DNA of 64,000 nt from NCBI GenBank assembly GCA_964521295.1, contig CAZFRF010000001.1, positions 334,146 through 398,145 on the forward strand. Direction: 5' to 3'. Numbering within the stretch: position 1 is the stretch's first letter; each line of letters begins with the position of its first letter. The stretch is from an uncultured Gammaproteobacteria bacterium. GTDB taxonomy: Bacteria; Patescibacteriota; Microgenomatia; Levybacterales; UBA12049. Below the pieces are notes generated by a model. That model was not told the DNA's origin. It worked only from the letters and a program-made list of their open reading frames with translations, and searched no databases. A program made the position numbers and the translations under genes. Positions 27,885 to 39,150 of this stretch are shown piece by piece.

Positions 27885-29057
27885 CTAATTAAACTTATTT
27901 TTTAAATAAATAAAAATCTTAAAAATTGAATATGGCACAAGAATTGAATAGCTTACAGCAATTAATGAATACCACTTTGTAGGATCTCTAAACATTACAA
28001 ATCCTGGAATATTATCAAATAGCCAAATATATAAATTTCCAAATGGTTCATTTGAGCCTTTTGCTAAAAATATACCTAAAAGACCAAGTGATATAAAAAA
28101 TACTAAATATTTTTTTACTTTTATCTCTTCTTTAGTTATAAATAAAATTGATGTAAATGCAATTATAGGTAAAACTAAATACTCAGGCTTCATAAAGCCT
28201 ACTTTACCAAAAATATTTTCTGGCCAATTTGGATGTAAAAGCCCAAATGAGTTTTCCATAGTAGCAAAACTAAAATATCTTACAGCTTCCTTTGAAGTAT
28301 AAATGTCGCCTAACTGAGATATTGCTTCTTTAGCTGAGAAAAATGCTGGCAACAACCAAAAAGAGTGAATACCAATAAATATTGATAATGGAATCAATAC
28401 TACTAAAAATAGAGCAGATTTAATATTTTTCAAAAGATCATTAATTTGGATAAGTGAACAAAGAATAAGTGCAAAAGAAAGCATGTAGCCAATCCTTATA
28501 TCAAGTAAGGATACAACGGCAAAAACCAACCCAAAAACAACAGAGTTTTTAACAGATAATGTGTTTAATAATTTAATATAAAAATAGTAAACAAATGGAG
28601 CAAGTGAATAAGATAAGGCAATACCCATTTGCCCACCCGAAGCCATCATTAAAGAATAAGTATTTGCAGTATATAATAAACTTGCCAAAGCAAGTAATAA
28701 ATTATTCTTAAACAATGACTTAAACAAAATTAAGCTAGATATAAATGAGAAGACTAGGAATGGGATATACCAAAAAAGCTTAATATACGCTCCCCAACCT
28801 AAAAGCAAAGACAGTTTAATTGAAGTTGACGTATAACCTTCAAGCCATAAATAAGGCAGAACACTTGCACCAAGACCAGTTCTCGCTGAATCCCATATAC
28901 CAAGAGGCATAATATCCATTATTCTTTGCAAAGAATAATACTCAAAATCACCTGCTGAAATAGAAAGAGAAAATAACCAAGTCTTAAATATTATTCCAAT
29001 TATTATTAATATAAATAATATAAGAAGAGAACGAATGTTTAATAAAATCTTTTTCAC
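27885..29057 (-). CDS. N-terminal half of a split GT-C (DUF3367/AftD-like) membrane protein
   Basis: Multi-TM; AGDF, HSFWLLP, LAKGSNEPFG..Y.WLF..IPGF.MFRDPTKW. Confidence 0.68.
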   Translation of the reverse strand: MKKILLNIRSLLILFILIIIGIIFKTWLFSLSISAGDFEYYSLQRIMDIMPLGIWDSARTGLGASVLPYLWLEGYTSTSIKLSLLLGWGAYIKLFWYIPFLVFSFISSLILFKSLFKNNLLLALASLLYTANTYSLMMASGGQMGIALSYSLAPFVYYFYIKLLNTLSVKNSVVFGLVFAVVSLLDIRIGYMLSFALILCSLIQINDLLKNIKSALFLVVLIPLSIFIGIHSFWLLPAFFSAKEAISQLGDIYTSKEAVRYFSFATMENSFGLLHPNWPENIFGKVGFMKPEYLVLPIIAFTSILFITKEEIKVKKYLVFFISLGLLGIFLAKGSNEPFGNLYIWLFDNIPGFVMFRDPTKWYSLIAVSYSILVPYSIFKIFIYLKNKFN

Positions 29058-29074
29058 ACCTAGTTTAATAATAA

Positions 29075-29836
29075 CTATTTTTTACGTGCAACTACAACTA
29101 AGTCAGATGCTAGACTTGGAAAAAAACTAAAAAACCGATCAAATATAGAGACATACCATGGAAAATAATTAACAGGAGACCCTTTTATCTTAACCAACTC
29201 AAATCCATGCATTTCCAATATTTCTTTTAAAGCTTTAAGCGTAAAACACCTTAAATGGCCTAGTGGCTTTCTAATAGGAGTTAGATTTCTAGTAAAGCTT
29301 AAGCCAAGAGTTTTATCAATGGTACTTACTTCGGTAAAAAAAGGTTGATACCCAAACATTAAAATTATCCTATTAAACCAGGCAGCTAGATTTGGTGTTG
29401 TAATAATTAATAATCCTTTTTTATTTAAAACCCTTTTACTCTCTTGTAAAAATAAATCTGGATTAACTAAGTGCTCTATCATTTGTGTACTAACAACACT
29501 ATCAAAAAAATTATTTTCATAAGGCCATTTTGTTTCAATATCAGCATTTTTTGCAAGTAGACCATTTTTTCTTGCCTTTTCTACAGCAATTGAATTAATA
29601 TCTATTCCATAAACTCTTGCGCCAAACTTATCTTTTATAACCGCACCCATTTCGCCAGTTCCGCAACCTAAATCGAGCACCTTATCATTTTTTTTAAAAG
29701 GGGTTATTTCTTCCATTTGCTTTATTAACTTATTAGCGTCATTTACCCTAAGACCTACATACCAATCGTCTTTATATCTTTGTGAATAAAAATTATCGTT
29801 ATAATCTTTAGATTTGTTATTAACTCTTTTCTTCAT
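29075..29836 (-). CDS. Class I SAM-dependent methyltransferase
   Basis: VLDLGCGTG, GID, FDSV, IEHL, TTPN. Confidence 0.88.
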   Translation of the reverse strand: MKKRVNNKSKDYNDNFYSQRYKDDWYVGLRVNDANKLIKQMEEITPFKKNDKVLDLGCGTGEMGAVIKDKFGARVYGIDINSIAVEKARKNGLLAKNADIETKWPYENNFFDSVVSTQMIEHLVNPDLFLQESKRVLNKKGLLIITTPNLAAWFNRIILMFGYQPFFTEVSTIDKTLGLSFTRNLTPIRKPLGHLRCFTLKALKEILEMHGFELVKIKGSPVNYFPWYVSIFDRFFSFFPSLASDLVVVARKK

Positions 29837-30888
29837 AATTTAGTAATATCTAACTGACCAAATTTCTTCTTTCCATTTATAAAATAGTCAATTATTATAC
29901 TTTTTTTGTACAACATGTAGGGCTTATTATTAACATTACGCATTTTAAATGCAGCATGTTTTCTCCTTTTTATTATTGCTGGAATAAAAAATATTAAATT
30001 AATATATGCTCTTATTACAGCAAATGCATTTAATGGTAATTTATTATCAAGTAGATAATACCAAAAAGCAACAAAATCTAAGAAAAATCTAAATGGCAAA
30101 TACCTAATGACTTCTTTTCTTGTATAGTTTTTTAACAAAAGCATTATTGTATTTCTATGATGTAGATATACTTTCCAGGAATTTTGCGTTCCTACCGTAC
30201 CTGATCCGTAATGATAGACTACTGACTTTGGAATATAAACCAGTCTATATCCATAAAAATGCATTCTCCAACAGAAATCTGCCTCATCTTGATAAATGTA
30301 AAATATTTCATCTAAATAACCAACCTTTTTAAACACTTCTTTTTTAGAGATAAAACAATTACCTGATGTCCAAGCTATATCAACAATATCATCATATTGA
30401 CCGTGATCTTTTTCAACTGTATAAAAGATTCTTCCCCGGCAAAATGGATAACCATAAACATCCATATGTCCTCCAGCTGCACCGGCATATTCAAAATAAT
30501 TCTTTTTTTTCATGTTTTTAATTTTTGGCTGACATGCACCCACATCAGGGTTTTTTTCCATATATTTAATAACTGGGTTTAACCAATTCTTCGAAACAAT
30601 TGTGTCATCATTAAGTAAAACAATATAGCCTTTTTTTATTTTTCTAATAGCATAATTACAACATCCCCCAAAACCTAAACGTTTTTTTAAGTGAAAAAAT
30701 TTAATTTTCTTAAGATGTTTATGAGAATTATAAAAATTAATATAATCTTCTTTTTTAGAATTATTGTCGATAAGATATATTTGAATATTTTTATAATTTG
30801 AGGATAAAACAGAGTCTATACATTCTCCAATAAATTTAAATTGGTCAGTTGTTATTAGAATAATACTTACTAAAGGAGTTTTTTTCAT
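29833..30888 (-). CDS. GT2 glycosyltransferase (rhamnosyltransferase-like)
   Basis: DNNS, GFGGCCN, LLNDD, FEYAGAAGG, DEADFCWR, VYH. Confidence 0.88.
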   Translation of the reverse strand: MKKTPLVSIILITTDQFKFIGECIDSVLSSNYKNIQIYLIDNNSKKEDYINFYNSHKHLKKIKFFHLKKRLGFGGCCNYAIRKIKKGYIVLLNDDTIVSKNWLNPVIKYMEKNPDVGACQPKIKNMKKKNYFEYAGAAGGHMDVYGYPFCRGRIFYTVEKDHGQYDDIVDIAWTSGNCFISKKEVFKKVGYLDEIFYIYQDEADFCWRMHFYGYRLVYIPKSVVYHYGSGTVGTQNSWKVYLHHRNTIMLLLKNYTRKEVIRYLPFRFFLDFVAFWYYLLDNKLPLNAFAVIRAYINLIFFIPAIIKRRKHAAFKMRNVNNKPYMLYKKSIIIDYFINGKKKFGQLDITKL

Positions 30889-30951
30889 AAATTAATTAAC
30901 ACATGATAAATGCTATTTTGCTTACAAACAAATACCTTCCTAAGTTTTAAT

Positions 30952-31515
30952 TTATTTCTTTGATCCATTTCGTGGCTTCTTATTGCGGACAGTTTCAGGA
31001 ACCTCATTGCTTCTTGCATCAATTGGCCCTTGCCTTCTACTTTTAGACCTTGTTCTTCTTCTTAATTCTGTTGTTGAAACACCATTAACCAATGGAAAAT
31101 ATATTAATTTAATTTTATTTTTTTTCAGAAAATTTTCATCAATCATTAATCTTTTCATTTCAGTTGCACCAACTGAATTATCACCATGTAAAATAAAATC
31201 CGGTTTGTTTCTTAAAATTGCTGGTTTTGAATCATATCCACCATCATTTACATCAACCTTATCTACATACCTACATGCTCCCACAACTATCATTCTCTCT
31301 TCTAATGTCATTACAGGCTTTCTGCCTTTATATTGAAGATTAAACTCGTCAGTATTTAACGATACAATAACTTCATCAGCTATTGATTTACCATATTTAA
31401 TTAACTGGACATGGCCATGATGAAATAAGTCAAATGTTCCACCTATGTAAACCCTTGTTTTCTTTTTCTTCTTTACTGGCTTAGTCTGTTTTATTATTTT
31501 TTTATTTTTTTTCAT
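30952..31515 (-). CDS. TagD-like cytidylyltransferase
   Basis: GGTFDLFHHGH (HxGH), NTDEF, ERM, HGD, GVSTT; basic tails at both ends. Confidence 0.85.
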   Translation of the reverse strand: MKKNKKIIKQTKPVKKKKKTRVYIGGTFDLFHHGHVQLIKYGKSIADEVIVSLNTDEFNLQYKGRKPVMTLEERMIVVGACRYVDKVDVNDGGYDSKPAILRNKPDFILHGDNSVGATEMKRLMIDENFLKKNKIKLIYFPLVNGVSTTELRRRTRSKSRRQGPIDARSNEVPETVRNKKPRNGSKK

Positions 31516-32099
31516 TTCTTTACCTCAAATAAATATCCTTTACCTATTGGCAATACAGCTAATGGGTTATTTATTGCTTTTCTTACTCCTACTTTTAGTT
31601 TTAATTTTTTAAAAGTATTTTGCCATTGTTTAAGTGTTCTAAATTTAAAAGTTAAAGGAATTGGTTCTGGTTTCCAAACATTGAAAAACCAATCCATAAA
31701 CTTCATTGGCAAAATTTCCATATCACCTCTTGCAATCGCTTCTATAAAAATAACTCTTTTTTTCGCAACCCTCACGCATTCCTTAAACGCAACTTCTGCA
31801 TCATTACAATGATGAAAAACATATATTGAAACAACTGTATCAAAACTACCGTTTTTAAAGGGGAGCTTACCACCATTATACTTAATAAAAGTGATATCTT
31901 TAATTTTTGGAGCATCAACAACATCTACTCCTGTAATTCTTAAGCCTTTAACCTTTTTCTTTAAACTTTTAGCAAACATTAAATCACCACATCCATAATC
32001 TAAAACTTTCTCACCACTAGTTAGCAGGGAACTAATTTCTCTTTCTTTCCAAAGAGCATTTTTTATTTTTATTTTTTCGAATAAATCTAAAACAATCAT
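31512..32099 (-). CDS. Class I SAM-dependent methyltransferase
   Basis: VLDYGCG, GVD, LPF...FD, VFHH. Confidence 0.85.
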   Translation of the reverse strand: MIVLDLFEKIKIKNALWKEREISSLLTSGEKVLDYGCGDLMFAKSLKKKVKGLRITGVDVVDAPKIKDITFIKYNGGKLPFKNGSFDTVVSIYVFHHCNDAEVAFKECVRVAKKRVIFIEAIARGDMEILPMKFMDWFFNVWKPEPIPLTFKFRTLKQWQNTFKKLKLKVGVRKAINNPLAVLPIGKGYLFEVKK

Positions 32100-32102
32100 A
32101 TA

Positions 32103-33827
32103 TTAAAGCTTATTTTGTATATCTTTTGAAACATCTTTTATTATAAATTTTTTTTCATCATATTCCAATCCTATTACAACATTTTTACTTAATTTTTCTT
32201 TTAATAGCACTTCCTGCAAGAGATTAATATCCGTATAATAACCAAACCCATAATCTCCAATTTCTCTATATCCTTGTGAGCCCATATCCCAAAGAAATTC
32301 TTTTACCTGTGTTTTTGCAAACTTACCTACTTTCCAGTCCCATACTATTCCTTGGCCATTATAACTAAAAAATTTATGATATGCACTCTCGTTTTCTTTT
32401 GCATACTGAAGTAATATTATCCAACCAGGACCTGAAGAAAATGGTAAAACTAAATTATTAGAAACACCAAATTCAACATTTCTTACACATACTTCTTTAC
32501 ATTTAATATAAAAAATTGTTTTCTTGGGAATTGTAGGATGCAACTTAACAATATTTGAAATTATTTGTTTACGGACTTGTCCTTGAAGTTGATGGATTTT
32601 TATTTCTTCTTGCATAACAAAATATGATGAAAAAATAATTATAATAATCGTTATGCTGACAAATAACTTCTTACCAAGATTATATAATTTATTCCCTGTC
32701 TTTGTAGTATAAATTTTATATGCAATAAGTGAGAAGATAAATAAAACTGCAAATCCTGATAAGTATAAGTATCTCTCCTCAATTCGCTCCATTCTCCTTC
32801 CGATTGTTGCAAGCATTCCAGCATTTATCAAGATAAAGAAAAGGAAGAATTGAATGTGTTTCCAAAAAACTTTATCCTTTATTCCTTTTGTGAAGATTAT
32901 AAAAAGAAAAGCAATAATAATAAAAAGTAAAAGAATTGCAAGATCAAATAAAACAGTAGTTACCACCTGAAATGGTATTTCAAAAGGGTAAATAACATTA
33001 TAATGCTTAATTACAAAAAGCATTACATCATAATATCCATCAACAATATTTTGAACTATTAACTTGAAAGGAAATGTTAATGCGTTATATAAATATGTAA
33101 GGAAAAATGATTTGCCAGAAATTTGATCTGCATGTGGCGTAATAAATTGTAAATATATTCTATAGATAAAAAACGCAGTAGAAAATCCGTAAAAAACCAA
33201 GAAAAATTTTATATTCTTTTTATTTAGGGCAACTTTATTATAAACATATAAAAATGCAGGCAGTAACGGGATTAAAATTACTCCTTCTTCTCTAAAGAAA
33301 ACAGCAGAGAAAAAAAGTAATAACAATATTACAGCCTCTTTAATGCCATAAACTGATTTTTTTGCAATATTCAATAAATAAATAAAAAATAAGATTACAA
33401 AAATAAAAAATGGAACAGTATTTGAAAAAACGCCTAAATGAAGGAATGCTGTTCTAGCACGAGAATTAGTAGCAAATAGAACTGCTGTTAAGACTCCAAC
33501 AAACATACTACTACTTAATTTTTTGGCTAAAATAAAAACAAGAAATGAAGCAATAATATGAATTATTATTGCTGTTAAAATATAATACACTGCATTATAT
33601 TCAAATACTCTATACATCATTAGCCAAGTTAATGAATTTAGCGGAAAAAAATGTAAACTTGTTGCTAAATTAAACCAAGCCCAAATTGGTTTATTTGCAA
33701 GAGTTATTATTACACCAAAACCATTCCATTCATCTTGCTGAAAATAAGTATTTAAGAAACCATTTGTAAAAATAACAATTAAAATTGCTAAGAATGCAAA
33801 AACAAATAAATTTAAGTATTTTTTCAT
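32103..33827 (-). CDS. GT-C-type membrane protein
   Basis: FQQDEW after TM1, multi-TM, REEG, ERYLYL, C-terminal soluble domain. Confidence 0.7.
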   Translation of the reverse strand: MKKYLNLFVFAFLAILIVIFTNGFLNTYFQQDEWNGFGVIITLANKPIWAWFNLATSLHFFPLNSLTWLMMYRVFEYNAVYYILTAIIIHIIASFLVFILAKKLSSSMFVGVLTAVLFATNSRARTAFLHLGVFSNTVPFFIFVILFFIYLLNIAKKSVYGIKEAVILLLLFFSAVFFREEGVILIPLLPAFLYVYNKVALNKKNIKFFLVFYGFSTAFFIYRIYLQFITPHADQISGKSFFLTYLYNALTFPFKLIVQNIVDGYYDVMLFVIKHYNVIYPFEIPFQVVTTVLFDLAILLLFIIIAFLFIIFTKGIKDKVFWKHIQFFLFFILINAGMLATIGRRMERIEERYLYLSGFAVLFIFSLIAYKIYTTKTGNKLYNLGKKLFVSITIIIIIFSSYFVMQEEIKIHQLQGQVRKQIISNIVKLHPTIPKKTIFYIKCKEVCVRNVEFGVSNNLVLPFSSGPGWIILLQYAKENESAYHKFFSYNGQGIVWDWKVGKFAKTQVKEFLWDMGSQGYREIGDYGFGYYTDINLLQEVLLKEKLSKNVVIGLEYDEKKFIIKDVSKDIQNKL

Positions 33828-34423
33828 TTCTTAATTATCCTTGCTGGATTTCCAATAACCACAGTATTTTCTGGAACTGATTTGGTGACTACAGATCCAG
33901 CACCCACTACCGCATTATTACCAATAGTGACTCCCGGAAGTATTATAGAATTAGCTCCAATCCAAACATTCGAACCAATCATAACTTTTTTATCATCATA
34001 TCCTGTTGGAGATTTTAATAAATGTTTATATTTTTGATGTGGAAATTTATGATTAAAATCTGTAATAAAAACATTTGGTGAAATCATAGAATTATCACCA
34101 ATATTTAGATTATTATGTGCATATATAAATGAATAGTCATGAATTAATACATTATTGCCTATTAATATTTTACCCCTAAAACCCGCTTCTAGTCTTACAC
34201 CAAAACCAATCCTACTATTCTTACCAATCTTAATAGCATTTTTTGTGCTTTGAAAAAAATATGAATGCTTACCAAGTAATACGGAATAATTAACTTTATA
34301 ACCTCTTAAATTTAAAATTAAAATCTTAATAATTGAATCAAGTTTTTTATAAATTAAGTTTATAGAAAGGTATATAAACTCAATGAGTCCACTTTTTTTT
34401 ATTTTAATTAAAACTTCATTCAT
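33824..34423 (-). CDS. Hexapeptide-repeat O-acyltransferase
   Basis: [33 protein letters not shown]. Confidence 0.88.
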   Translation of the reverse strand: MNEVLIKIKKSGLIEFIYLSINLIYKKLDSIIKILILNLRGYKVNYSVLLGKHSYFFQSTKNAIKIGKNSRIGFGVRLEAGFRGKILIGNNVLIHDYSFIYAHNNLNIGDNSMISPNVFITDFNHKFPHQKYKHLLKSPTGYDDKKVMIGSNVWIGANSIILPGVTIGNNAVVGAGSVVTKSVPENTVVIGNPARIIKK

Positions 34424-34424
34424 A

Positions 34425-34748
34425 TTATTTATTATTTCTTACCTCCTGAATAAAAAGGGAAAGAGTAGCTGATAAAAAAATTAAATATAAGCTATTTCCC
34501 AAAATCTCTGCCATCAAATCTTTTTTAAAAAGTGTTAATCCACAAATTAATATTAATAAACTAACTCCAGACATAAATAAATACCTCCATTTAAAACTAA
34601 ATAAAATAATTATAAAAAGCCAAACAATAATAATATCAATCTGCTGAGAAAATAAATTAATATAAGGAATTTTAGAAGGCAATAATATTCCACAAATTAA
34701 AATTAATAGTGCAATAAAAACTTTATATTTATTAAATATTTTTTTCAT
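34425..34748 (-). CDS. Small membrane protein (107 aa)
   Basis: About 4 TMs; tightly coupled to both neighbours. Confidence 0.68.
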   Translation of the reverse strand: MKKIFNKYKVFIALLILICGILLPSKIPYINLFSQQIDIIIVWLFIIILFSFKWRYLFMSGVSLLILICGLTLFKKDLMAEILGNSLYLIFLSATLSLFIQEVRNNK

Positions 34749-37700
34749 TTATTTTTGTTTTTTAAATCTATCGATTACCAAATAACTAACTATCGTAAGT
34801 AATGAAAAAAATGTAATTATTAAACCCTTTTCAAACTTACTTTGAGTACTAAATACTAAGTCTATATTATAATCCCCATTATTATTAATATACCAACCAT
34901 TAGCATAACCATTTATCGTAAAATGGTCTTTCTCTACACTACCTTTAATTTTTGCCTCCCATAATGGCGAGTATCTCTCTGCAAATGATAAAACAAATGG
35001 TGACTTAGCATTTTTTACAAAAACTTTGTAATACGTGCTATCAATTTTTTTAAAAGTTACTTGAGGAACTGGATTAGTAAATGATTTTTTATTAAAAACT
35101 CCATAAATTAACGGTGTAAAGTTTTGAGTTATATTAATATTATTAAATATCTCTTCGGGAGACTGGTTTTTACCTGAACAAAAGTACACTTTAATATCTG
35201 TGTCATTTGGTGACCCCCATAAGGTATAAGTATATTTATTAGTTTTGGCTGTATATGTTTCTAAATTTATGTCTGGATTAAATCCATTATTATCTTTAGT
35301 TTTCTCTATATAATCTTCTGTTTTAAAAACATTATATTTTCTTATTACATAAATCATCCCTTTATCTTCATCTTTTGTATTTACGCTAATTAGATACTTA
35401 TTAAGACCAACATAATTCTCTATAGTTGATGCTAAGCAATTTTTTACTTCATTCTTATAATTAATTGTTAGTTTTTCTGGGTTTACAAATAAATTCGGAA
35501 CTTTAAACGTTAAAGTAAGAGTTTTTTTATTTTTTGGCAAATTTATAGACTCTTGTCCTAAGTAATATGGGTAATAAACGCCATCAATTTCATATGAAGT
35601 TGGATAAACAGGATTATTAAATATATCTCTCGGAAGACTTATTTGATTGATATATATAAGATCATTTGCCTTAGAAATATCGTAAACAAAATTTGATCTC
35701 CAATCTTTTTCATTTAACCTTATATCCAACTTTTCATTCAAACTATTCATCTCCTTAAGTGTTTTAACTAATGAACTTCCTAAAACATCTTCCTTTTTGT
35801 AATCCCTAACTCTCATTACATTTACAATCGTATTTCTTTCTAAAACTAGATACTGTGAGATTCTTTTTAATAAAGGGTAATTAAGACTATCAACAAATTC
35901 TTTATTATATAGATCGGCAATTTCCTGCCAATATGAATATAACAAATCAGTTGAGGATAACCATTTCTCTTGAGAGTCAGGAACTAAATAATTTAGATTA
36001 TCTATTTCTGCAACTCTTTTTCTTGATAAACCAAGTAGTGCATCAATTTTTTGATCTGGAGCCCCAACGTCCAAAAGCTTAACTTCAGCTTGTAATTTAA
36101 ACCGGTAAAATAATGAGCTTGGATTAATACTTGCTGGGGCAATTGCAAGCGTTGGATCCTCAGCGAGCAATACACAAGAGATGCACGGAAAATCAATAAG
36201 ATCTGATTTAATTGGTAAATTTTTATTTTCACTTAAGCTTTTATTGTCAACAAATGGAAAGCTATTTGTATAAAGTAAATTATCAATCGGCATATCTTCA
36301 TTTACGCGATTAATGAGGAAATTATAAACTCCAATTTTTTGCGGATTCGCTAAAATAATTTCATAAAGTTGCCACTCTCCTTCTTCCCAAATTAATTTAA
36401 AATTATTTTTATCTTCTAAGATCTGTGAATACTTAGATGGATTTTCGCTAACAGACATTGCGTAGTCTTTAGCAACATCTTTTGTCAAAAGAATATATTT
36501 AATATTAGTATTATTTACGCTATTAACAAAAGTGTTAAGATCTTTTTTTCTTAAACTGTCATAAATTACATTAATAAAACGATTTTCATTTTCGTTATAA
36601 ACAAAGGCATCATTTAAAACAAATCCTCTATCAGTAAGCAAAGGGAATAATGGATAAGAATTCCAATAACCCCAGGTATATGTTTTTATGTTAAATGCTC
36701 CTGCTGGCGGCACAACAAGTGTTCTAAACTGATCAGGCTTAGATTCTTGCATCTTTGCAAAATTGGTTACATAATCTGGAATTTTTACCATCGTTGAAAA
36801 TGGTTTATTGAAATCAAAATTTACTCCTGTAAAATACGGATAATGATATAAAAGCAATACTGTAATTGCAAATATACCAATCAGCCTAGCTTTTAAATTA
36901 GGAAACTTATTACTTATATAATGCAAACCATAACCCACTAAAACAGCAAACGAAAAATAGACTATGGGCATAAATTTATAATATCCAGATCTAAATGCAG
37001 CAAAACCAGGTAAGTGCTCCATCAAAAACAGGTATAAATATCCTGATGGCAAGTGAGCTCCTGCTGAAAAGAAAATGCCAAGTAAACCGAGAAATAAAAA
37101 CAAAATAATTATTTTCCTTTCCTTTCTATCAACAAGAATCGGAGATGCAAATGCAAAAACTGGAAAAATAAAACTAATAATTATTAAAATAGGATTTGTT
37201 AAAAAAGCATTAGCCCATAAATGCGGATTACTATACCAACTATTATCTCCGTGTAATCTAAATATATTTGTAAAACTAGTATGTGTACTTATAAATCTTG
37301 CCCAATCAATTGCGCCTGTTATTCCACCTGCAATAGCAACCTGATTACTGTATTGAAGCAAAAATGATGATATAAATGGATAGAGAAAATATGCATTACA
37401 TAAAATAAGTAATATTAGAGAAAATATGCTAAGTATTAAAAATCTTTTAATGTACGAAAATCCTTCTTTTTTAAAATTAATAAAAAAATAATATACGGTA
37501 ATTACTATACTCGTAACAATTACTGGACCAATTAATGGAATTCCTCTAACGCCACCCGAACTAAAAAGAAAATAAACAATATTTAAGTAAATTGCAGTTT
37601 TAAGTGGGGTTGATAAGCCTTGCGCAAACCTAAGAAGAAATAAGCTAAATAAAGGAAAAATCACATATGATGCAAGTATTGGCTGTTCGCCCTGTAGCCA

Positions 37701-38123
37701 AAATGAATAAAGATGTAAGCTAAATGAATAAATTATCGTTCCTGCAATTCTTACAATCCAATACTCTTTTTTAGACGACAAATAAGATAAAAATACATAT
37801 ATTGAAAATGTTATGAGTAAAAACCAAAAGACAAAAAGTACTTTTTGAACATCATATTGAGAAAAACCCAACATACTAATTACCGCTGTTAATCCGCTAT
37901 AAGGCATTACGCCAACCTCTGCTGACATATCTATGCCAAAGTTTTGCGATCCAAGCCATGTAAAAACTCTTTGTTCAAAATACTTTTCATAATCAACAGG
38001 ATAACCTGAGTCAACTCCTATAACTACATGACCAGGCTTAAACCATAAAAGAGGTGTTAAGCTTAATATGATCAAAAAAATGACCTCTAATATGTAAATT
38101 TTATATTTTTGAATAAATTTCAT
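34749..38123 (-). CDS. Large GT-C (DUF3367/AftD-like) membrane protein with extracytoplasmic domains
   Basis: GVDSG after TM1, multi-TM, LPGFAAFRSGYYKF, long soluble region, ERYSPLW..NGYANGW and C-terminal TM. Start moved to ATG 38123. Confidence 0.72.
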   Translation of the reverse strand: MKFIQKYKIYILEVIFLIILSLTPLLWFKPGHVVIGVDSGYPVDYEKYFEQRVFTWLGSQNFGIDMSAEVGVMPYSGLTAVISMLGFSQYDVQKVLFVFWFLLITFSIYVFLSYLSSKKEYWIVRIAGTIIYSFSLHLYSFWLQGEQPILASYVIFPLFSLFLLRFAQGLSTPLKTAIYLNIVYFLFSSGGVRGIPLIGPVIVTSIVITVYYFFINFKKEGFSYIKRFLILSIFSLILLILCNAYFLYPFISSFLLQYSNQVAIAGGITGAIDWARFISTHTSFTNIFRLHGDNSWYSNPHLWANAFLTNPILIIISFIFPVFAFASPILVDRKERKIIILFLFLGLLGIFFSAGAHLPSGYLYLFLMEHLPGFAAFRSGYYKFMPIVYFSFAVLVGYGLHYISNKFPNLKARLIGIFAITVLLLYHYPYFTGVNFDFNKPFSTMVKIPDYVTNFAKMQESKPDQFRTLVVPPAGAFNIKTYTWGYWNSYPLFPLLTDRGFVLNDAFVYNENENRFINVIYDSLRKKDLNTFVNSVNNTNIKYILLTKDVAKDYAMSVSENPSKYSQILEDKNNFKLIWEEGEWQLYEIILANPQKIGVYNFLINRVNEDMPIDNLLYTNSFPFVDNKSLSENKNLPIKSDLIDFPCISCVLLAEDPTLAIAPASINPSSLFYRFKLQAEVKLLDVGAPDQKIDALLGLSRKRVAEIDNLNYLVPDSQEKWLSSTDLLYSYWQEIADLYNKEFVDSLNYPLLKRISQYLVLERNTIVNVMRVRDYKKEDVLGSSLVKTLKEMNSLNEKLDIRLNEKDWRSNFVYDISKANDLIYINQISLPRDIFNNPVYPTSYEIDGVYYPYYLGQESINLPKNKKTLTLTFKVPNLFVNPEKLTINYKNEVKNCLASTIENYVGLNKYLISVNTKDEDKGMIYVIRKYNVFKTEDYIEKTKDNNGFNPDINLETYTAKTNKYTYTLWGSPNDTDIKVYFCSGKNQSPEEIFNNINITQNFTPLIYGVFNKKSFTNPVPQVTFKKIDSTYYKVFVKNAKSPFVLSFAERYSPLWEAKIKGSVEKDHFTINGYANGWYINNNGDYNIDLVFSTQSKFEKGLIITFFSLLTIVSYLVIDRFKKQK

Positions 38124-38124
38124 T

Positions 38125-39150
38125 TTAGTCTTTATATTTAGATGGGCTGTTAAAAAAATAATAGTAATACGAAAGCTTTGGATTTTTATGAACAAATTTA
38201 TTTATTTCACTATCAGATACTTTTCTGATGTTTGCTTGAATATATTTTCGTTTATTATAAATACTTGGCAAAGAAAACAATACAGATAATATACCAAGTT
38301 GAGCACCAAGTGCTAATTTAAATTTTCTATGCAAAAGAGTCATTAATACATAACCTTCGCAGAAGATAAATAGTAAAGGCAAAGTTTTAATAAGCTCTAA
38401 AGCGCTTAAATTCTTTAGAAAAGATACGAACCTATTTCTGTAGGATCTAAAAACTGTTACCTCATCTTTTGTCATTACCTGCATATCTCCCCCTCCCCAA
38501 TGATAAACATATACGCTTGGGTCATACATTACCTTTTTACCTGACAACCAGATACGATGACAAAGATCAGATTCCTCAACATAGCAAACAAAATCCTCAT
38601 CTAATCCTTTTAATCTTACATAATCATCTTTCTTCATAAGAAAACATGCGCCTTTTATTGAATACCCATACATTTTTTCCTGATATTTTCTTTTTGACCA
38701 AGGTTTCATATATCCATAATGATACATAAATCCTGTTGTAGTTAAATAAGAAACAACAGAATCAAGTAAGTTCTTATTAATTAAGCTTCTTATTTGCGGC
38801 TGAACTGCGCCAATTGAAGGATCATTTTCTAAATCACCAACTAAAGCATCTAAAAAATTAGGAGTAACTATAGTATCATTATTTAAGAAAAGTAAGTATT
38901 TCCCCTTAGCAAACTTTATACCGTAATTATTAGCGCCAGCATAGCCCCTATTCTTTTTTATCTCTACTACTTTTACTTGAGGAAAATATTTTTTTATATA
39001 TTCCTTACTGTCATCAGTTGAACCATTATTAACTACAATAATTTCTTTTGCAGGATATTTTACTTTCATAACAGATGGCAGGCAATTTTTAAGCCATTTT
39101 TTTCCGTTCCAGTTAAGAATTATGAATGAAACCAGAGGGTACTTTTTCAT
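38125..39150 (-). CDS. GT2 glycosyltransferase (rhamnosyltransferase-like)
   Basis: NWNG, NNGSTD, GYAGANN, LNNDT, GACF, EESDLC. Confidence 0.9.
   Translation of the reverse strand: MKKYPLVSFIILNWNGKKWLKNCLPSVMKVKYPAKEIIVVNNGSTDDSKEYIKKYFPQVKVVEIKKNRGYAGANNYGIKFAKGKYLLFLNNDTIVTPNFLDALVGDLENDPSIGAVQPQIRSLINKNLLDSVVSYLTTTGFMYHYGYMKPWSKRKYQEKMYGYSIKGACFLMKKDDYVRLKGLDEDFVCYVEESDLCHRIWLSGKKVMYDPSVYVYHWGGGDMQVMTKDEVTVFRSYRNRFVSFLKNLSALELIKTLPLLFIFCEGYVLMTLLHRKFKLALGAQLGILSVLFSLPSIYNKRKYIQANIRKVSDSEINKFVHKNPKLSYYYYFFNSPSKYKD

Noticed and set aside
27898-27906. T TTA AAA as a programmed -1 frameshift joining the split gene
   Set aside because: The -1 frame hits TAA immediately; the downstream ORF is in the +1 frame.
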